64,000 nucleotides of DNA. It comes from Neoechinorhynchus agilis (lineage: Eukaryota > Animalia > Acanthocephala). The stretch is from NCBI GenBank assembly GCA_051530055.1, contig CM121341.1, forward strand, positions 5,000,784-5,064,783, given 5' to 3'. The translations under genes and the position numbers were made by a program. Shown here one piece after another: positions 37,652 through 51,433 of this stretch; the stretch's first letter is position 1, and each line of letters begins with the position of its first letter. The notes below the pieces were generated by a model. The model was not told the origin of the DNA, made no database searches, and was given only the letters and a program-made list of their open reading frames with translations.

Positions 37652-38020
37652 TTATGTGGTTCTTCTCTTTTTATGTTATTCTAAAAAGTCATTCTACATG
37701 GTTTGCAGTCTTCAGGAGGATAAAATGTTTAAATCTATAAAATACGGTCTAACGTTTCTAAAAAAACCGTTGCTTTTTGTTGGGAGCATCACGAACGTTC
37801 TTAAAATTCTTAATTCGAACAAGGTTATAATTTTTAAGAGTTCCATAATTTCATTAGAGGCATTGTTTATGTCTTCATTCGGTAAAACCTCCTAAAATTT
37901 AGAACACAATTTAAAAAGTAAAGACTAGAGAACATCTTTATAGCTCGACGTCTTCTAAGATTTGCATATCCCATTCCGTCCTCATTATTAATTTATTTTG
38001 AGCATATTGTTTTCGATGTG

Positions 38021-38758
38021 TCACATATTGGTTGATCCCGATGATGATGAAGGTGGTGCTTGCAAATACTGTTGATTCGGATATCTGAACGGTTCTCTGA
38101 ACATTTGTTTGGCTTCTTCAGCCTTGCGGTTCCATTCGTTGACAAAATTAACTTTATATTCCTCTGGGACGTTTCGGTGGTATCGTCTATCTTCGAGTGC
38201 TCCAGTTTGTGGATTACGATATCGTTCCCTGATTTCTCCTTGATCTCCAATGAACAATCCTTCCTGCATTTGTTCAATTCCCTTCGAAGTGTCTCTGTGA
38301 GCTCTACGTTGCCTCCAAACGCCATTAGGACCCATTTCACGTTCGTCGTGACTCTGAACAAGTTTCGGTTTTCCGTTTAAATTGCTGTATTCCACTGTTT
38401 GACTTTTTGACATCATGTAAGTCTTTGCGTTTGGGTCACTTGTCATAGCTTGAGACAATGATGGTGGATGCATGAACCCAAATGACGAAGGTTGCATGAA
38501 CATTCCCATTGAAGATCCAAACATGGAGTTCATTCTGTTCATCATTTGATCCATATGCTGCTCCACTAAAGCAGATAAACTATTCATCGTAGGCATCATT
38601 GGGTCGTAAGGAGCTAAATTTGTGCTAGGAAATAGCTGACTGTTCATCGGTTGACCTTGGAAGTAAGATCGAGGAGGATAGGTTGCTGGTGAAATTGTGC
38701 TGTTTATCGATGGTGGAGGCACTTGATTGCTGCCATGGGAAACCATTTTACGAGGCAT
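38021..38758 (-). CDS. MLF: Myeloid leukemia factor family protein, 245 aa
   Basis: Met/Ser-rich N-terminus, then SQTVEYSNLNGKPKLVQ...GPNGVWRQRRAHRDTSKGIEQM...IGDQG...NPQTG...FVNEW, matching the MLF1/2 core. Confidence 0.88.
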   Translation of the reverse strand: MPRKMVSHGSNQVPPPSINSTISPATYPPRSYFQGQPMNSQLFPSTNLAPYDPMMPTMNSLSALVEQHMDQMMNRMNSMFGSSMGMFMQPSSFGFMHPPSLSQAMTSDPNAKTYMMSKSQTVEYSNLNGKPKLVQSHDEREMGPNGVWRQRRAHRDTSKGIEQMQEGLFIGDQGEIRERYRNPQTGALEDRRYHRNVPEEYKVNFVNEWNRKAEEAKQMFREPFRYPNQQYLQAPPSSSSGSTNM

Positions 38759-38974
38759 TCTAAAAAGACCGTAGTTGTACTCCCTTCCTCGACCTTTTTA
38801 TATGTAAACACACATTCATCGCTTTGTTGTCGTTACGGTTTTATGAGTCATTTTTAGGGGGTTCTTGGAAAGTGCAATAAAAGAAAAATTTCGCCAAAAT
38901 GTGGTGTTACCTTGAAAATGTTTTTATACCCAAACGCGACCTTAGTCTCATCGACCATCGCAATTTTCAAACTT

Positions 38975-40285
38975 TTCATTTTTTGTAGAGAGAACCGCAA
39001 CCTCTCGAAAGAGCGAAAAATGCGTGAATGAGAAGATTTTAGCCATTATTAAAACAGAATAAAAAATTTTGTAGAGGGAACCACAACCTCTCGAAAGAGA
39101 GAAAATACGTGAAAGAAGATTTTAGCCATTATTAAAACAGAATAAAAAATTTGTAGGGAACCGCAACTCTCGAAAGAGAGAAAATGCGGAAGAAGATTTA
39201 GCCATTATTAAAACAGAATAAAAAATTTTGTAGAGGGAACCGCAACCTCTCGAAAGAGAGAAAATGCGGAATGAGAAGATTTTAGCCATTATTAAAACAG
39301 AATAAAAAATTTGTAGAGGGAACCGCAACCTCTCGAAAGAGAGAAAATGCGTGAATGAGAAGATTTTAGCCATTATTAAAACAGAATAAAAAATTTTGTA
39401 GAGGGAACCGCAACCTCTCGAAAGAGAAATGCGTGAATGAGAAGATTTTAGCCATTATTAAAACAGAATAAAAATTGTAGAGGAACCGCAACCTCTCGAA
39501 AGAGAGAAAATGTGAATGAGAAGATTTAGCCATTATTAAAACAGAATAAATTTTTAGAGGACCGCACCTCGAGAGAAAATGTGAAAGAAGATTTTAGCCA
39601 TTATTAAAACAGAATAAAAAATTTTGTAGAGGGAACCGCAACCTCTCGAAAGAGAGAAAAATGCGTGAATGAGAAGATTTTAGCCATTATTAAAACAGAA
39701 TAAATTTTTTTCTAGAGGTAACCGCAACCTCTCGAAAGAGAGAAAATGCGTGAGTGAGAAGAAGATTTTAGCCATTATTAAAACAGAATAAAAATTTTTG
39801 TAGAGGGAACCGCAACCTCTCGAAAGAGAAAAATGCGTGAGAGAAGATTTTAGCCATTATTAAAACAGAATAAAAAATTTTAGAGGGAACCGCAACCTCT
39901 CGAAAGAGAGAAAAATGCTGAATGAGAAGATTTTAGCCATTATTAAAACAGAATAAATTTTTAGAGGGAACCGCAACCTCTCGAAAGAGAGAAAATGCGA
40001 ATGAGAAGATTTTAGCCATTATTAAAACAGAATAAAAATTTTGTAGAGGGAACCGCAACCTCTCGAAAGAGAGAAAAATGCGTGAATGAGAAGATTTTAG
40101 CCATTATTAAAACAGAATAAATTTTTTTGTAGAGGTAACCGCAACCTCTCGAAAGAGAGAAAAATGCGTGAGTGAGAAGAAGATTTTAGCCATTATTAAA
40201 ACAGAATAAAAAATTTTGTAGAGGGAATCGCAACCTCTCGAAAGAGAGAAAAATGCGCGAGAAGAAGATTTTAGCCATTATTAAT
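38975..40285. repeat. Tandem array, ~82-bp unit, ~16 copies, indel-rich
   Basis: gagaagattttagccattattaaaacagaataaa...gggaaccgcaacctctcgaaag repeated. Confidence 0.95.
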
Positions 40286-40612
40286 ATCGCAAAAATGACA
40301 TTGAAATGTTCATCGTGTCAATTTTCGAAAACAAGGAGAAGGCTCTAAAAATCATCAGGTTTCAACGCTGATTCAATGCCCCATAAAAACACTTTGATAG
40401 CATTCTGAAATGCCTTACAGGTCTTTGAAGTATTGTTCGTGAAAGAAGGAATTACGCCTAAAGGTTCGAGATTGATAAGAAAAAATTCTTAACATTGATC
40501 ACGAAACTGCTCATAGTAAGAATTGCTTTTGATCTTCGGGGGTAAAATGTGAATGTCGCCTAAGCAACGCTTTCACATTTTGATGGCACTATAATTCTTT
40601 TTGGGACGTTTA

Positions 40613-41974
40613 ATGAGAAGTAAGTATTGATTTGAGCGATTCCCTCTAATGTCTTTTTTATTTGAACAAAAAAGTCACCGTTGATATGGTTAGGAAAAGG
40701 GCTGAGCACAATGATTGTGTTTTACATACTCTGGAGGAGATTAGTCTTCATCATTTGGGAATTGAGAGGTAGATTTTGTTTCAAAGCAACATATTTTCAG
40801 GGTTATTGTGTATTTTGACAGAATCGAATTTTTAAATAGATGGTGTCCGGATCTGAAAATCCTATTGCTACAAGGAAACGTTATTAGACGAATAGGTATG
40901 CAATGCGAGCTCACTTTATGAATTGATTTTTTTTCAGAGAATATGTCCCGTCTCAAGCATTTGCAGTATCTCAATCTTGCTTTAAATTGTATTCAAACTA
41001 TCGAGAATCTAGAAGGTTTTGTACCCAGCAGATTAGCACAAAAACCAATGTTACCATCAGCTTCGATGTTTAGAATGCGAGGCATTGGAAAAGCTCGATC
41101 TTACGCTCAATTTCATAGCGGATCTGAAATCGGTGTCCAAATTGAGAGCAAACGAAAATCTTCGCGAGTTGCACTTGATCGGAAATCCATGCTGTGATTA
41201 CGATCAATATCGAATGTACGTTATAAAAGTTCTTTCACCCAAATTGAACGTTCTAGATGGTGTTCGGATAAATGCATATGAACGAAGAGCAGCGATGATG
41301 TTCAACGAGCAAACCTTTTCGTCAATTGGGACAATTATTGAAGTAGAAGATAGCCAAATCGATCGGTTTTTGAGAATTCTGCACACTGAAGGACCGAGTG
41401 CAAAGTTACCACATTGTCCAGCAGCACGAATTGCATCTCAAAAGTTCAAAGAGTTAAATAGTATTCAAGAACCCATTTGTGTCCCAGTTGAGACCCAAAG
41501 TAAAGTTAAGTATATGAAGCCGGACGGCACTCCCCGTTGCTGTAATGAAGCTAAATCAAAGGTTTTAGCACTGTATGAATGGTAGCTAGTCTTGAACCTT
41601 TGGAATAAATTAAAGTTTCGATTTATTGACGAAACAGGTTATTATATACTAAAGCTCTTTGTTCCAAGATACTTAAGTTCGGATTTGGTGTCATGTGTGG
41701 CTCATCCGAATTATGTAAGGGTAACTGTTAAAGGAAAGGTTCGTCTACAGGTTTTAAAGACTTGCTTAAATAAACCTTTTAGGTATTTCAAATTACTTTG
41801 TTAGAGGAAATTCATGCCGATAAGACCACTTTTTCACGAAATAAGGATGAATTGACTGTTAAAATGTTTAAAGTCAACGATAGGCATACGTTTAACGTAC
41901 CTAAAAAGCAAATGAAGAATAAGACTATGGAACATAATGAAGATGATTTATCATTGCCTCCACTCGTAGAGTAG
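40613..41974 (+). CDS. DNAAF11: Dynein axonemal assembly factor LRRC6/tilB, 7 exons
   Basis: Spliced product [28 protein letters not shown]...LEKLDLTLNF...LIGNPC...LPPLVE*. Introns 40620-674, 40769-821, 40896-937, 41016-073, 41562-615 and 41739-782, all GT-AG and in frame. Confidence 0.95.
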
Positions 41975-42085
41975 ATTTTTTAATAAAATTAGAATTTTTT
42001 TTGATATTTAGTATCTATTAAGGGCTCCATGGCTCTGTTTGGACACACAACAAACTTATTCATTGGTCAGTAAATTGGATAAAAT

Positions 42086-42368
42086 CACTTATGGGTTTTG
42101 TACGCATCCCTCAGGATAATCTCCGAGGATAAGTTTCACTCCTTGATCAAAATGGAGGTTAGAAAAGGTAAAATGCCATTCATTAATCTGAGTGAAAAAG
42201 AGATTTTACAAGAAGTTTTTGCTCAAACCTATATATATAGTAATCCTATTGAGTTCAAATTGAAAAGGGACAGAATTTTTTTTAAATCATCTAAGGACTT
42301 TTCGAATCATCAATGATTTTACACGAGTTAAAGTAGTTGGAGGGATACGGTGCCAAAACCCAAATGTG
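42086..42368. mobile_element. Possible MITE relic with imperfect ~28-bp terminal inverted repeats
   Basis: cacttatgggttttgtacgcatccctc versus the reverse complement of gagggatacggtgccaaaacccaaatgtg; no target-site duplication identified. Confidence 0.4.
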
Positions 42369-42693
42369 GCATACCTTTGCGATTTGGCTGCCTCTTAATT
42401 CGTCGTCAGAGGTTTTGTTCTATGTGTTCCTGAGTGAAATATCGATCCAATTTGATTGCATTGCTTTCCATCTTAAAAAGAACAGCAGGGAAGTGATCCC
42501 GTATTCGATTGCTTAACCGGACAAAATTAAAAGTTGAGACGATGTTAAGTATTGACGGTTGCAAAGGTTACCCGCTGATTCTGAATGAAAAAAGTGGGAG
42601 TAAAATCGAGCCTTTTGAAGAAACTGCTGGCTTTTTGTCCATTTTCACTTGCTGATCATACACTTTTAACGGAATTATTGAACAATACATTTC

Positions 42694-45600
42694 TCACTTG
42701 ACACGAGTCTGATTCAAGTAGCGAGAAATCGAAGATTTGACTTTTTCGAAGCAATCCAACATGAATTTAGAATCGGTTGACCTTTGTTGTTGTTGTCTAT
42801 ACTGATTTAAATCATGTTCACAATCTTTCCAATCAATTAATTGAGTTTGATTAAAGGAGTCGTAACTTCGTTGTTTTAATCGAAGACCAAGAAGACAATC
42901 GTATACAATACTTAGATGGATACATCTGATAAGCAATTTGTTAGCATCATTAGTCGATTTCTGTTGAACATAAACTCGTATGATTGATTTTGAAAGCGGT
43001 GAATTCGTTTGAAAAGTTGGATTTTCTTGTAGAACATGTAGTTCTAACCTACTAATAACATCCACGGAGTTCACAATAAAGTAATCGGTCAGTTTCTTTA
43101 CCACTAATCTATAAAAATCGTCCGGGACATTTAATATGTTTTGAGCCACTAACACTTGTACTGAAAAGGAGCTTTGTTCGTCTATCAAAATATCAATGAG
43201 TTTGTCGAATATTGTGTTTTTTGCAAGTCCAATGGCAAACTGAAAATCTCCAATGTCATAATCTTGCTCAGTTAATGATCGAACACTTTCAGTGACACAG
43301 AGTGCTTGTTTAATATACGATGTGATAGCATTGGATTTATAGCAAGATCTTAGTATGTGTCTACACAATCTATGAATCTCTGGATGTCCATCTGAACTCC
43401 CGGATATTATAATTGGAAGAAACTGCTCTGGATGAATGAGTTTTTGCTGGATTATTCGCGTCAATAATTCCACAACCCTAATTCGCAATTTAAGGCTTTG
43501 AGTCGAATAAAGTTGAGAGATTTTTATGAGGTCAACTTGACTTAGGATTGCATTAATCGTATCTTCTTTTAGGACTCGTTTATCTATTACTTGAGTTATT
43601 GAAAGTGGAGGCAGCGAGAGTGGACCACGTTTGTCCATCAATGCAAATCCAAGAGCCTCATTGATGTTTGAAACGACTTGATTCATAAGATCCCATTTAT
43701 TTCCGTCCAATATCCGACAATATAATTCACGCGTTTTTGTCTTAAAACAATTGAGATACGATTGTCTGTGACAAATATGTCCGATCGATTCAAGAAGTCG
43801 GCATCTTGTGTGAGTTAGAAATCTCCTATTTTTGACTGACCGGACTAGAATTTCAAACAAATGTGAGACTCCGTATTCCTTGATTGATGAAAGATCAAAA
43901 TATTTAAAAAAAAGGCCGAGAGCACAGGATGATCGGGTGAACGTAAATTCATTAATCGACTCTAGAGTAATTGTATAGAATCTCTGGATTATTAAATTAG
44001 GGAAGCGGTTTAATCGCATCAGCATGACTGATAAGCAAGATATTGACGACTCGATTATAGGGATTGATTTAGTTGCCGTGAAACCGATTAAGGTTTGTTG
44101 GAAGTATTCGGGGAAAGATATATGAGACACGCTGAGCAAAATGAGTCTGACTGTTGATAAAAGACATTCTAGAACTTGATTGGTCAATTCACTCGAATCA
44201 TATTTGAACTTATTGATGGATTTAATCATTTTGCCAATGTACTTCTCACCAAGTTTCGGGTTCGACTCACAAATCACGTTCACTATCCATGCAGTCTCCA
44301 GTTGCTGAGAATCATTCGACTTTCGACTGGAACAGAATATCTCCAAGAGAAGCTCTACGTGTTCGAAATTCCCTTTGAGAGCATTTTGAATGATTTCTCG
44401 TGTAATCTTTAATTTCTTCGAAGGTACAAAACTTATCGTTGACAGCATGTTTTCTACCACGTTTTCAATCGCTTCTTCGGATTTATAATCAAAATTGAAC
44501 CACGTTTCTCTGATAGTTTGAGTCAACATTTGTTTAAGACTCGATATTCTGCATTCATATTCTTCTTTATATAAATTATCGATTAAACAAGAAAATACTT
44601 CGCCTGGTACAAGAAGGTATCTCTTTTCTTTAATAAGTAACGATATTGAAGACATGACTCGGTGCCTAATGATTGTTGATTGATCGAGAATATATTGGCA
44701 CAAAAGATGCCAATATTTCAATTCCCTTAAACGACTGTTAGTTGATCTTAAAACATTAATAAATATTTGCAGAACCGTCTCACGAATATGAACGAAATTA
44801 GACTCAAAGGCTTTAACAATCAAAGCTTTACAATCCAATTGATCTACGATCGTCTCGTCTATGCTCACCAACACAGCAATAACTTTAATAATCACTAATT
44901 TCGTTTTTTGGCACGAATTTTTGCTTTCAAAAATCTTACGGATCACTGTAAAGCCGTGTTCAAGGATAGATCCACGTTTAACCTGAAAGAGTAAACTACT
45001 AACTTTAATTGCGTCGTCCATTTTGCAATATTTAAGTTTTAATTTGTTCAATTGTGATTCATATCGAACATAGAATGATTTGAACGCAACGTGATTTATC
45101 AGTGGATCTTTTGCCGAAGTTGTAAGTGAGTATAAGTGTCCGTATAGTTTATAGAAGGCATATTCGTCTGATTGATCGAAGGCTAAATGAGACTGTTTAT
45201 ATTGTGCGTTTGATGGTTCGCTTTAAAAAAGTTTGGGTCCGAGCTTTCATTTCGAGAGAGAGAGTTTAATTTTGACTTGTGTGGTAAAGTTTGAAATATT
45301 TCGACAACAATAAACACCACACAAGTCAAAACTACGCTAATGTTCTAAATAAAGTTACTCATAACAAAATAATTTAAACTGTATTCTTTGTAGAAAAAAA
45401 TAGGAATTTGAATGCAATAAACGAGTTGAGGTCTCAATTTTTTTCTAAGGAGTTTTGCAATTTTTGTTAACAGACGTTTTGAACTCTTTGAAGCATTTTT
45501 TTGCGATCAAAACGAAATGTTTTTGATTTTGGCCAATAAAGCGCTTCAAAGTGTACACAAATTAGTCCAATTCAAAAACATTTCGTTTAAATCGCGTAAA

Positions 45601-48600
45601 ATCCTAAAATAACGACAATTGAAACAAAAAAAGCAGGAAAAAATGATTTGGTCAAAAGCACTGTATCCTTTGTAGAAAAAAAATAGGAATTTGATTGCAA
45701 TAAACGAGTTGAGGTCTCAATTTTTTCTAAGGAGTTTTGCAATTTTTGTTAGGAAACGTTTTGAACTCTTTGAAGCATTTTTTTGCGATCAAAACGAAAT
45801 GTTTTTGATTTTGGCCAATAAAGCGCTTCAAAGTGTACACAAATTAGTCCAATTCTAAAACATTTCGTTTAAATCGCGTAAAATCCTAAAATAACGACAA
45901 TTGAAACAAAAAAAGCAGGACAAAATGATTTGGTCAAAAGCACTGTATCCTTTGTAGAAAAAAAATAGGAATTTGATTGCAATAAACGAGTTGAGGTCTC
46001 AATTTTTTTCCTAAGGAGTTTTGCAATTTTTGTTAGGAGACGTTTTGAACTCTTTGAAGTATTTTTTGCGATCAAAACGAAATGTTTTTGATTTTGGCCA
46101 ATAAGGCGCTTCAAAGTGTACACAAATTAGTCCAATTCTAAAACATTTCGTTTAAATCGCGTAAAATCCTAAAATAACGACAATTGAAACAAAAAAAGCA
46201 GGACAAAATGATTTGGTCAAAAGCACTGTATCCTTTGTAGAAAAAATAGGAATTTGAATGCAATAAACGAGTTGAGGTCTCAATTTTTTTCCTAAGGAGT
46301 TTTGCAATTTTTGTTAGGAGACGTTTTGAACTCTTTGAAGCATTTTTTTGCGATTAAAACGAAATGTTTTTGATTTTGGCCAATAAAGCGCTTCAAAGTG
46401 TACACAAATTAGTCCAATTCTAAAACATTTCGTTTAAATCGCGTAAAATCCTAAAATAACGACAATTGAAACAAAAAAAGCAGGACAAAATGATTTGGTC
46501 AAAAGCACTGTATCCTTTGTAGAAAAAAAATAGGAATTTGATTGCAATAAACGAGTTGAGGTCTCAATTTTTTTCCTAAGGAGTTTTGCAATTTTTGTTA
46601 AGAGACGTTTTAAACTCTTTGAAGTATTTTTTGCGATTAAAACGAAATGTTTTTGATTTTGGGCAATAAGGCGCTTCAAAGTGTACACAAATTAGTCCAA
46701 TTCTAAAACATTTCGTTTAAATCGCGTAAAATCCTAAAATAACGACAATTGAAACAAAAAATCCAGGACAAAATGATTTGGTCAAAAGCACTGTATCCTT
46801 TGTAGAAAAAATAGGAATTTGAATGCAATAAACGAGTTGAGGTCTCAATTTTTTTCCTAAGGAGTTTTGCAATTTTTGTTAGGAGACGTTTTGAACTCTT
46901 TGAAGCATTTTTTGCGATTAAAACGAAATGTTTTTGATTTTGGCCAATGCTTCAAAGTGTACACAAATTAGTCCAATTTTAAAACATTTCGTTTAAATCG
47001 CGTAAAATCCTAAAATAACGACAATTGAAACAAAAAAAGCAGGAAAAATGATTTGGTCAAAAGCACTGTATCCTTTGTAGAAAAAAATAGGAATTTGATT
47101 GCAATAAACGAGTTGAGGTCTCAATTTTTTTCCTAAGGAGTTTTGCAATTTTTGTTAGGAGACGTTTTGAACTCTTTGAAGTATTTTTTGCGATTAAAAC
47201 GAAATGTTTTTGATTTTGGCCAATAAGGCGCTTCAAAGTGTACACAAATTAGTCCAATTCTAAAACATTTCGTTTAAATCGCGTAAAATCCTAAAATAAC
47301 GACAATTGAAACAAAAAAAGCAGGAAAAAATGATTTGGTCAAAAGCACTGTATCCTTTGTAGAAAAAAATAGGAATTTGATTGCAATAAACGAGTTGAGG
47401 TCTCAATTTTTTTCCTAAGGAGTTTTGCAATTTTTGTTAGGAGACGTTTTGAACTCTTTGAAGTATTTTTTGCGATTAAAACGAAATGTTTTTGATTTTA
47501 TTAAAATTAAAGTGCCAAATTATCCACTAAACATTTCGTTAAATCGCGTAAAACCTAAAATAACGACAATTGAAACAAAAAAAGCAGGAAAAAATGATTT
47601 GGTCAAAAGCACTGTATCCTTTGTAGAAAAAAAATAGGAATTTGATTGCAATAAACGAGTTGAGGTCTCAATTTTTTTTCTAAGGAGTTTTGCAATTTTT
47701 GTTAGGAGACGTTTTGAACTCTTTGAAGTATTTTTTGCGATTAAAACGAAATGTTTTAGATTTTGGCCAATAAAGCGCTTCAAAGTGTACACAAATTAGT
47801 CCAATTTTGAAACATTTCGTTTAAATCGCGTAAAATCCTAAAATAACGACAATTGAAACAAAAAAAGCAGGAAAAAATGATTTGGTCAAAAGCACAATTT
47901 CGTCTAAACTGTAGTTCAGCACAAAGCAATACCTTGACGAGTTTGATGCAAAATGCGGCACTCGTGTAATCGAGCGAACATTGTGCACAGTAGAAAAGAA
48001 GCGTTTGACAAAGACGACCGGCTAATAAATCTGCGATTGGATATTGAGGATGATACATCAATTTTCCAATGTCATTGATCAATTGTTCGATCTTAGTCCT
48101 TTGTGAGGATTCGTTCTTAATGAAAACACATATTGCGCTAATAAAGACCACTGCCAATTTCAGAGCATCATCCAATGAGTCGAGTCGTGAATCTTCGGCA
48201 CATGCTTGGATGAGAATCAAAAGGAGGCGAGATGACGATGAAATCGATTTTTTCGATGATTTGATAGGTTTTATCAATTTCCTGTTGTGTTGTGGATTGC
48301 GCTTTGTTGATTCTGTACTCGTCGAAGTAAAATCAGGTCCGTAGAATTCGCGTAAATACAAATTTAAAAGTTGGTAACGTATTTGATGATACTTGAGCAT
48401 CACCCGGATTATGGATGATCCGCAAATGGAGAAATTATAGTGTATTCCATAAATGATGCCGTTGTAGAATATATGAAATGGCACAATTGAAGTAGAACGA
48501 AAAAGGAGAACAATTTACGTTGTTTGGTCAGAATATTTACGAAAAAATGCGACTTTCTTCATGGAAATAAAAATTTTAGTCGGGAAAATGTTCAAAATTT

Positions 48601-51433
48601 TCTACTAAAATCATAGATCCCGTAGCTGTCTAAGAGTTTAAAGTTCTAAAAAGTAGTACAATGTGAAATAATCAACGATAAGTAGAGGTTTCCTCGCAAA
48701 CTGCAATTAAAACTTTATCATCTCGAAACATTTTCTTTCAATGATAAATTCTTTTTTTTCAAATCGTCAACTAACTTCGTTTACAGAAAAAATCGAATTT
48801 TAAAAGATTACAAAATTTACACCTAGGAAAAAATATGGTTTTTCTTAAAAATTGAGCCAATTAGATTTTTTTAGAAACAAAATCTTTATGAGTTCGATGC
48901 AAAATTCGGCTATATAAAGTTTCTACTTTGGTTTTTATCACGAAGGAACGGAATCCAGTGTAATGCATAACTTAACCATTCTCACAAAATTGAAAATTTC
49001 TTCATAAGAATCAAATTTTATTCCCTGAAAATATTTTCAGTTTTCAAAGATTCATTTAAACATCTTTTTTCCGGGGTAGCTGCCTAGATTTTTCATTCTA
49101 AAAAGTTGTAAAATCAACGAATTTCAAAGACTACAAAATTTAGATAAAAATATGATTTTTCTTAAACTTAAAAAGTTTTTGTGTGAATCGAGCCAATAAG
49201 ATTACGAGTTCGATGTGGAATTCGGCTATGAAAAGTTCCTACTTTGGTTTTCTTTATCATTAAAGGAACCTACAACGGAATCCAGTGTAATGCATAACTT
49301 AACCATTCTCACAAAATTGAAAATTTCTTCATAAAAATCCAATTTTATTCCCTGAAAATATTTTCAGTTTTCAAAGATTAATTTAAACATCTTTGTTCCG
49401 GGGTAGCTGCCTAGATTTTTCATTCTAAAAAGTTGTAAAATCAACGAATTTCAAAGACTACAAAATTAAGATAAAAATATGATTTTTCTTAAACTTAAAA
49501 AGTTTTTGTGTGAATCGAGCCAATAAGATTACGAGTTCGATGTGGAATTCGGCTATGAAAAGTTTCTACTTTGGTTTTCTTTATCATTAAAGGAACCTAC
49601 AACGGAATCCAGTGTAATGCATAACTTAACCATTCTCACAAAATTGAAAATTTCTTCATAGAAATCCAATTTTATTCCCTGAAAATATTTTCAGTTTTCA
49701 AAGATTAATTTAAACATCTTTGTTCCGGGGTAGCTGCCTAGATTTTTCATTCTAAAAAGTTGTAAAATCAATGAATTTCAAAGACTACAAAATTAAGATA
49801 AAAATATGATTTTTCTTAAACTTAAAAAGTTTTTGTGTGAATCGAGCCAATAAGATTACGAGTTCGATGTGGATTTCGGCTATGAAAAGTTTCTACTTTG
49901 GTTTTCTTTATCATTAAAGGAACCTACAACGGAATCCAGTGTAATGCATAACTTAACCATTCTCACAAAATTGAAAATTTCTTCATAGAAATCCAATTTT
50001 ATTCCCTGAAAATATTTTCAGTTTTCAAAGATTAATTTAAACATCTTTGTTCCGGGGTAGCTGCCTAGATTTTTCATTCTAAAAAGTTGTAAAATCAACG
50101 AATTTCAAAGACTACAAAATTAAGATAAAAATATGATTTTTCTTAAACTTAAAAAGTTTTTGTGTGAATCGAGCCAATAAGATTACGAGTTCGATGTGGA
50201 TTTCGGCTATGAAAAGTTTCTACTTTGGTTTTCTTTATCATTAAAGGAACCTACAACGGAATCCAGTGTAATGCATAACTTAACCATTCTCACAAAATTG
50301 AAAATTTCTTCATAGAAATCCAATTTTATTCCCTGAAAATATTTTCAGTTTTCAAAGATTCATTTAAACATCTTTGTTCCGGGGTAGCTGCCTGGATTTT
50401 TCATTCTAAAAAGTTGTAAAATCAACGAATTTCAAAGACTACAAAATTAAGATAAAAATATGATTTTTCTTAAACTTAGAAAGTTTTTGTGTGAATCGAG
50501 CCAATAAGATTACGAGTTCGATGTGGATTTCGGCTATGAAAAGTTTCTACTTTGGTTTTCTTTATCATTAAAGGAACCTACAACGGAATCCAGTGTAATG
50601 CATAGCAGCTCTCGCAACTGCGATTGCGACATGTTTCGGTGAATTGAATACTTCGATTGCACGACTCATTTCGTCAATGATTGCGACGGAGTCCTGATTT
50701 ATTTGTGATTGTTCGCTAGCTCGATCCTCTGAATAAAGCATTGAAGAAAACTTGAAGATCAGCTCGAATACGTCTTCAGATATTATATCAGGACTTAAAT
50801 TTGGAACAATGAGCACATTGAGTACTAATCTCATCGAGATATCAACACTGTTCGTTCTTTCAAATCCACTTTCATCGATTTTTGAACAAAGTCCCATAGA
50901 AATCCTCTTTAAGACATCTCTAAGATCTTGTGATGGCAATTTGTATCCTAAATTACAGTTTTGCATTTGCATTGCATCCATTAGGACATTGTAAACAACA
51001 TCTCGTTTCCAACTTGATGGTTTCTTGGTACAAACGAGCTTGATTGCGTGCAGAAATTGATTAAGTGCTACTTTATTGTTCAATTTGATTTTTCGAATCG
51101 GTGGCGGTTCAATGATAGATCTCATTCTTTTCTGAGATCTTGGCTTTTCGGTACAAAATTGTTCAGATGAACAATTTAACAATGCTTTGTCGACACAATC
51201 CAATATTTTTTTATTCGCATTTACGATATCGATCGCAATCGATGGAATTTCCAATATTGGCAAATTAGTGCTCCTTTCATCCGCTTGGAATTCAGTATCT
51301 AAAAATATGCGAACGAGTAATCTTCAATCAAAGTAAACAGTCGATTTTTTAAGCTCAATGAAATGAACTTACCAGCTGAAACGGATTCAGTTTCCACATC
51401 CAAATGCTCTGTAGATCCATTTGTAAATTCCAT
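42694..51433 (-). CDS. NIPBL: Nipped-B/Scc2 cohesin loader, multi-exon
   Basis: Exons ~51433-51373, 51298-~50580, ~48400-47910 and 45220-42694. Motifs VPNLSPDIISEDV, HPQYPIADLL, HIRETVLQI, YILDQSTIIRHRV, QTIRETWF and LIHPEQFLPIII match NIPBL HEAT regions. Structure at 48.4-50.6 kb is unresolved. Confidence 0.88.
45270..45331. other. 62-nt hairpin with a perfect 16-bp stem, in an NIPBL intron
   Basis: ttttgacttgtgtggt (45270-85) pairs with accacacaagtcaaaa (45316-31). Confidence 0.8.
45378..47895. repeat. Intronic tandem array, ~283-bp unit, ~9 copies
   Basis: ctgtatcctttgtagaaaaa period ~283; occupies most of the 2.7-kb NIPBL intron 47909-45221. Confidence 0.97.
48800..50603. repeat. Intronic tandem array, 327-bp unit, 5+ copies
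   Basis: ggaatccagtgtaatgcat at 48950, 49277, 49604, 49931, 50258 and 50585. Confidence 0.97.

Noticed and set aside
38975-40285. U6-like gagaagatt-tagc motif and high unit heterogeneity
   Set aside because: The match is too short and lacks ACAGAGA context; the homopolymer indels may be sequencing error.
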